64,000 bases of DNA from Scenedesmus sp. PABB004 (lineage: Eukaryota), in the NCBI GenBank assembly GCA_014905635.1, contig JABVCE010000002.1:806001-870000 (forward strand), read 5' to 3'. The notes beneath the pieces were generated by a model, which had not been told where the DNA came from, searched no databases, and worked only from the letters and a program-made list of their open reading frames with translations. A program made the position numbers and the translations under genes. The first letter of the stretch is position 1. Each line of letters opens with the position of its first letter. Shown piece after piece: positions 58,847 to 64,000 of the stretch.

Positions 58847-60009
58847 GCCACCGCCGCCGCCTTCGCCATTGCTGCTGCTGCAGCTGCTGCCGCCGCCGCC
58901 GCCGCCCGGCGCCGCGCCCACGGGCTTGGCCATGAGCAGGCGCACCCTGCCGCCGAGCAGGCCGCGCCACGCGGGGTCGCGCGACACCTCGGCCATGCCG
59001 TGCGCGGCGTAGAGGCCGATCGCGCCGGCGTTGCTGCTGTACACGTGCAGCGCGACGGCGCCCTGGCCCCACGCGCCGGCCTGCGCCTCGGCCGCCGCGA
59101 GCAGCGCGCGGCCGACGCCGCAGCGCCGCAGGCCGGGCTGCACGGCCATGCTGGTGATGTAGGCGTAGCTCGCGGCGCCGCGCGGCGCGGCGCCGCCCAG
59201 GCAGGCGAGCACGTCGCACTCGTCCTGCACGCCCACCTCGACCACGCCCACGACGCGCCCGCGCCCGCGCCGCGGCGCGCCGCCGCTGCCCGGCGCCGCC
59301 GCGGCCTGCTGGTCGCCGTACCAGACCGCCGCGTCCCAGTCGCAGTCGCTGTCGCTGCCGCCGCCGCCGGCGCCGCCGGCGTCGCCGCCCTCCGGCAGGG
59401 CGCCGGGCAGGTCGTCGCAGCGCTCGACGACGAGCACCGCAAAGCCGTCGTCGCGCAGCACCGCCGCCTTCTTGCGCAGCGCGTCAAGCACCTCGGCCCT
59501 GAACACCGTGTACGCAAGCCGGTCGAGCGCGCCGAGCGGCAGCGCCTCGTGGAACGCGGCTGCCTGCGCGCGGGAGCGGCGGCGGCGGCGGCGGCGGCCG
59601 TCGCGGTCGCTCGGTGCGGCGCCGCGCGTCGCGGGACCGAGCGCGCCCCGGACGCGCCGCGGGCGGGGCGCGCCTGCAGGTCGGCGACGTCCAGCAGGTC
59701 GTCCGGCGTGAAGTGTCGGATGCGCCAGTAGCCCCGCCGCGTGCGCACCACGCGCGGCCGCACCAGCCCGCTGCTCGGCGCGCCGGCAGCAGCGGCGGCA
59801 GCGGCGCCGGGCGCCTGCTGCACCGCCGCCGCCACCGCCGCGGCCGCCGCCGCTGGCCGCTGCTGCAGGCGCTGCAGCGGCCGCGTCCTCCCCCCTCCAC
59901 ACGCCCACGGTCGCTGCGCCAGGCGCGGCGAGTGCGGGACGCGCGGGGCGCAGCGCACGGCCGCGGGCGCTGCCCGTGCGCGGGCGCCGCTCGCCCTCAC
60001 GGGCTGCAT
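58766..60009 (-). CDS. GNAT-family N-acetyltransferase with probable plastid transit peptide; 2 exons
   Basis: VADLQ|AAAF, VVGVVEV, YITSMAVQPGLRRCGVGRALL (motif A), LHVYSSNAGAIGLY. Confidence 0.88.
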
Positions 60010-61039
60010 TGTGGCGGGACCCACCGCCGGCGTGCTGCGGGCGGACCGGCGCTGCTGCGCTGGCGAGCGGCGGCGGGGGGCGCCGCTGCTGCTGCTCCGG
60101 TGTGTGAGCGCGCGGGCGTGGGTGCGCGCGCGTGTGTCCGTGTGTGGAGGGGGGATTGTGCGGCACGAGCGCTGGCGCCGCCGCTCTGCGATCATGGGGC
60201 ATGCGTTACAGTCGGAGAACCGCCGACGTCCGCGTGGGCGGCCGCCGCCCACGCGGAGACGCGCGCCACGACGGCTGCGCGCCCGCCCGTGCGCAGCAAG
60301 CAGGCACGGCTGCCTCGTAGTAGTAGTTGAGCTCGGGAGGCTTTTATGCTGAAGGTGCCAGTCCTTGGGGCACGCGCTGGGGACGTCCTGTGCGTGCGGC
60401 AAAGCACGCGCAGGCGGGAGTGTCTCCAGACGCACAGAGCGCTTGTCGGGAGCGCATGGGCATGGGCAGGCATGTGGGCAGCAGTGTGTCCAAGGCGCCG
60501 TCGCGCAGAGCACGCGCACGGCGGGCATGCGTGCGAGGCGAGGTGCAAAGATGGCAATGCATGTGTGTTGCGAGGGGCCCGTGCCAGCAGTGCTGGCTGC
60601 GGCACGGCACGCGGCAGCCAGGGAGGCCGGCTCGCGCGGAACAAGCAGTGAGGCCACAGCACCGACCAACCGAGAGAGCCCAGGGGCGGGGGCAAGGGGG
60701 GGGGGGGCGTGACAGCGCCCGCACGCCGTGGCGAGCGAGCCCGCGTCAAGAACAAAAACAACCAGTGCGAGACAGAGCCACGGCGCAATGCGCATTCTGG
60801 CGGCGCGTGCAGACAGAGCGTGCCGGCGCTGCGTGCACACAGAGCGTTGGCCGGGCGCCCCGCGCGCCAGACACGACAGATCGCCGCCCGCAGGGCCAAG
60901 ACCGACCGACCCTTGCCCCCAGCCCCGACTGATCCACGGCCGTTATCTGATCCAAGGCCATCATCTCATCACATGCGGCGGCCAGGTGGAGGCCCAACCA
61001 TTCTGTCAGCTCAGCCGCATCATCGTTGGACGCACGGAT

Positions 61040-61117
61040 CTGACCACGCCCGCCGCGAGCCATGACCGAGCGACAGAGCTGACCACGCCCGCCGCGAGCC
61101 ATGACCGAGCGACAGAG
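61040..61117. repeat. Perfect 39-bp direct tandem duplication (2 copies)
   Basis: CTGACCACGCCCGCCGCGAGCCATGACCGAGCGACAGAG occurs twice in tandem. Confidence 0.9.
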
Positions 61118-61719
61118 TGAAGGCCTAGGCTCAAGCCTCCGTGCATGCGGGCCGGCGCGCCGGCCCGACGTGTGCATGCGTGCACGCGTGCGCGTGCCTG
61201 CGTGCGTGCGTGTCCGTGGGGGCGCTGCCGCAGGGCGGTCGCCAGCCCCCGGCAGCGATGCCCAACACCCTAAGCAAAGCCCCCCACCCAAACCGCGTGC
61301 CATCGGCATTCCTGCCTTGCGATGCCTCCGCAGAGCCTGTTGGTTTGGCCGCACGCTCGTGCGCCTCCCAAGCACGACAGACGGACAGATCGCCCGGCAT
61401 GGAGGTTGATCAGAGCAGTGCCCGCCCGGACGCGCCGCCGCAGCGACGCCGCCCAGCGCGCGCGCGGCCGTGCGCGGCGCGCTTGGGCCAGGCCGCGGCG
61501 GCCGGGCGCGCCGGTGTGGGGCAATCGTCAATGCAGTGTGTGCGCTGGCCGTCGCCGGCGCCTGCCGAGGCGCGGCGGGGCCCCATTGTTGTGCAGTGCC
61601 GCCCGCGCGCTTGCCCCTGCACGCCGCCGTGGCCGTGCAGATTGGAGCTCCAGCTGCACGCACTGACCCGGCACGCCCGGCCCCGAGACAGCAAGACCCG
61701 CTGAGCCTCGCTGCGGCGG

Positions 61720-62434
61720 TCACGGCCCTGGCGACATGTGCGGCCAGGCCAGCTGCGGGCCGTCCTGGGGCTGCACCATGACCACGACCTGCTGCTGCTG
61801 CGCCGGCAGCAGCGCCGCCTGCGCGCCCGGCGCGGGCGGCGCGCCGCCCAGCAGCTGCTGGGCCTGCACCTGCTGCACCTGCTGCACCACCTGCTGCGCC
61901 GCCTGCACCTGCTGCGGCGGCGCGTACAGTGCCGCGCTGCCGCCCTGCGCGGCAGCCGCCTGAAAGTGCTGGAGCAGCAGCTCCGGGTTGCTCGGGCTCT
62001 CGCCGCTCGCGGGCACGGCCAGCTGGTTCATCGCCGCGCACAGCGCCTCCAGGCTGGGCGCCTCGCCGCCCGCGTCCGCCGCGACGCCGCCGGCGGACCA
62101 GGCCGACGGCCCCGCCGGGATGACCGCGACCGTCGCGCCGCGCAGCCCGGGGCGGAGCATGACCACGCCGTGCGGGCCCGCATACCCCGGCGCCGCGGGG
62201 GCCGCGCCCATCGGCTGATAGCCCAGCATCACAGCCTGCTGCCCGCCGCCGCCGCCGTACAGCGCGCCGGGCGGCGGCGCCGGCGCGTAGCCGGCCGGCG
62301 CGAAGGCGTACCCGCCGCCGCCGCCGCCGCTGCCGGGGTCGCCCGCGAGCGCCCAGTGCCGCGGGTCGCCCGGGCCGCCGTCGGAGCCGCGCGGCTGCTG
62401 CAGCGCCACAAACTGCACGCCGCCGCTGCTGCCC

Positions 62435-62472
<38 letters not shown>

Positions 62473-63340
62473 GCCGTAGCCCGCCACGCCCTGGCCCGCC
62501 TGGCTGTAGCTGGGCCCCGCGACGCCCGGCGCGCCGTAGCCCGGCGCGCCGCCGCCCGGCACGAGGCCGCCCGGGTGGTGGTGCGCGTGCTGCGGGCCGC
62601 GGCCGGCGGCGGCGCCGCCGCCGGGCTTGTGCGTCGGCTGGGTGCGCTGCAGGCCCTGCGGCAGCTCGCGCAGCTCGTCCTCGTTGTGTGCAAAGAAGCA
62701 GACCGGCCGGTTGCACGCGGCGCCGCGCTCGCACAGGAACGTCTTGTAGCGGTCGGGGTGCAGCCAGAACTCAAACGTGCTGTGGCTGCAGTTGCAGTTC
62801 TCCAGGCGCGGGCAGATCTTCTTCTGCGAGGGGGCGACCCCGGCCCCAGCCGCGGCGGCGGCGGCGGCGGCGGCTTAGAGCGCGCGCGCGCGCCAGCCGG
62901 GGGGCGCGCCGCGCGCCGGCAGCGGCACGGCCACGCACCGCACGCGCCTCTGGGCAGGGCAGCGCCTGGTAGAGCGAGGGGTGGCGCCGCCGCGCGAGCT
63001 CGCCCGGGTGCGCGTACGGGCACTTCTCGCGGTCGTGCTTGTCCACGCGCCGGCACATCTCGACCTGCGCGCGCGGCGGGCGCGGCGGGCGCGGGCGCCG
63101 CGGCGCGCTGGGCCGCGCCGCCGCGCTGCCGCGCCGCGCCGCCGCGCCGCGCTGCCGCGCCGCGCAGCTGCCGCTGCCGCCGCGCCGTGCCGCGCGCGCG
63201 GGCGCAGCGGTGCGGCGCGCCTTGAACACAAACATCATGAACTCGTCGGTGAAGCGCTGCACGCCGCCGGGGCCCTCGCCGGGCTCGCCCCCGGCGCCCG
63301 GCGCGGGCGCCGGCGCGCCGCCGTCGGGCGGCGGCTCCAT
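61720..63340 (-). CDS. RR-TZF tandem CCCH zinc-finger RNA-binding protein with a Gln/Gly/Pro-rich tail; 3 exons
   Basis: DEFMMFVFKV, CHCH motif CRRVDKHDREKCPYAHPGELARRR, then C-x8-C-x5-C-x3-H, FEFWLHPDRYKT and C-x5-C-x4-C-x3-H. Confidence 0.92.
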
Positions 63341-64000
63341 CGCCCGCGGGCGCCGCCGCCGGAGCGCGGCGCGGGCTCAGCCGCGGGCGGCCGTGCGGCC
63401 TGGCGCGTCCGGGCGGCGGGGCGGGTGCGCGGGGTCACGCCGAGAGCGGGAGCCGCGGGGCGGGCTGCGACAGCGTCATCCGGCGCCTTGCGGCCCGCGG
63501 CCGCCCGCAGCGGCCCGCGCCGCACCCGTCCGGCGCGCCGACGCCGAGATCTTCGCGCACGACCCCGCTCTCGGGGGCGGGCCGCCCGCGCGCCTCATCG
63601 GCGGCCTGGGCGCCCGCGACTGCTGCTGCCCGCGGGCCAGGGCGCGGCGCGGCCCGGCGGCCACCGACGGTGGCGCACACGCAGCGACGCCCAGGCCTCA
63701 GGCGCGACGGCGCTGCGTTTGGGCTGCGAGCTTTCGCGGCGAGCTGTCGCTAACGAGCACAAGGAGGGGCGCAGCGGCTAAGGCGTGGCGCTGGGACCGA
63801 TCAACTCCAACCAATGGACCCGCCGGGCGTGGGCGCAGCCGCACGAGGGGCTGCGCGGCGCCGCCGTCAGAGCGTCACTGGCGTCTGCGAGCAGTGGGAG
63901 TTGGGAACCCCCCACACACGCCCGAGCCGCCCGATCACGCTGCGAGGGCACTCCCTGTCGCTGCAGAGCACGCACGGCGCCGCGCCGCCGCCGGCGCTGC

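Noticed and set aside
60900..61120. C/D-box snoRNA or CRISPR-like array
   Set aside because: The GTGATGA box is on the minus strand while the CTGA boxes are on the plus strand. The repeats are directly tandem with no spacers, and there are no cas genes.
1..64000. Hundreds of long Arg/Ala/Pro/Gly-rich ORFs, e.g. 18617-23047 (1476 aa), 21568-24672 and 53046-56096
   Set aside because: Stop codons are rare at this GC content. These ORFs are antisense or off-frame shadows and intron read-throughs with no domain motifs.

Overview
Gene-dense eukaryotic nuclear DNA, extremely GC-rich (roughly 75-80% by eye), with many short GC-rich spliceosomal introns. The style suggests a chlorophyte green alga, probably Sphaeropleales/Selenastraceae-like (inference). 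Most long ORFs in the six-frame track are GC artefacts, so genes were rebuilt by joining exons; coordinates are gene spans including introns. About 24 genes are supported: bacterial-type CMP kinase, FAS1 protein, NTF2-like hypothetical, OMA1-like M48 peptidase, secreted GH-A-like enzyme, secreted Ala/Pro-rich protein, PPH1/TAP38, HPP protein, divergent sugar porter, BTB protein, J-domain/enoyl-reductase fusion, tail-anchored hypothetical, ERD7/spartin-like protein, small hypothetical, MNS1/FAP127, PQ-loop transporter, mitochondrial carrier, ABC1 kinase, GpsA-type G3PDH, secreted orphan, EGY-like M50 protease, BAT1-like permease, GNAT and RR-TZF protein. No rRNA, tRNA, CRISPR or transposase was seen. 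Notable structure: (1) a ~1.58 kb inverted duplication (20307-21881 / 29421-31003) bracketing a 7.5 kb three-gene block, resembling an inversion breakpoint; (2) many GC-AG introns with consensus AG|GCGCG; (3) a 58 bp chain of five overlapping perfect palindromes; (4) several single-base frameshifts that look like assembly errors. I found no convincing novel multi-gene system.
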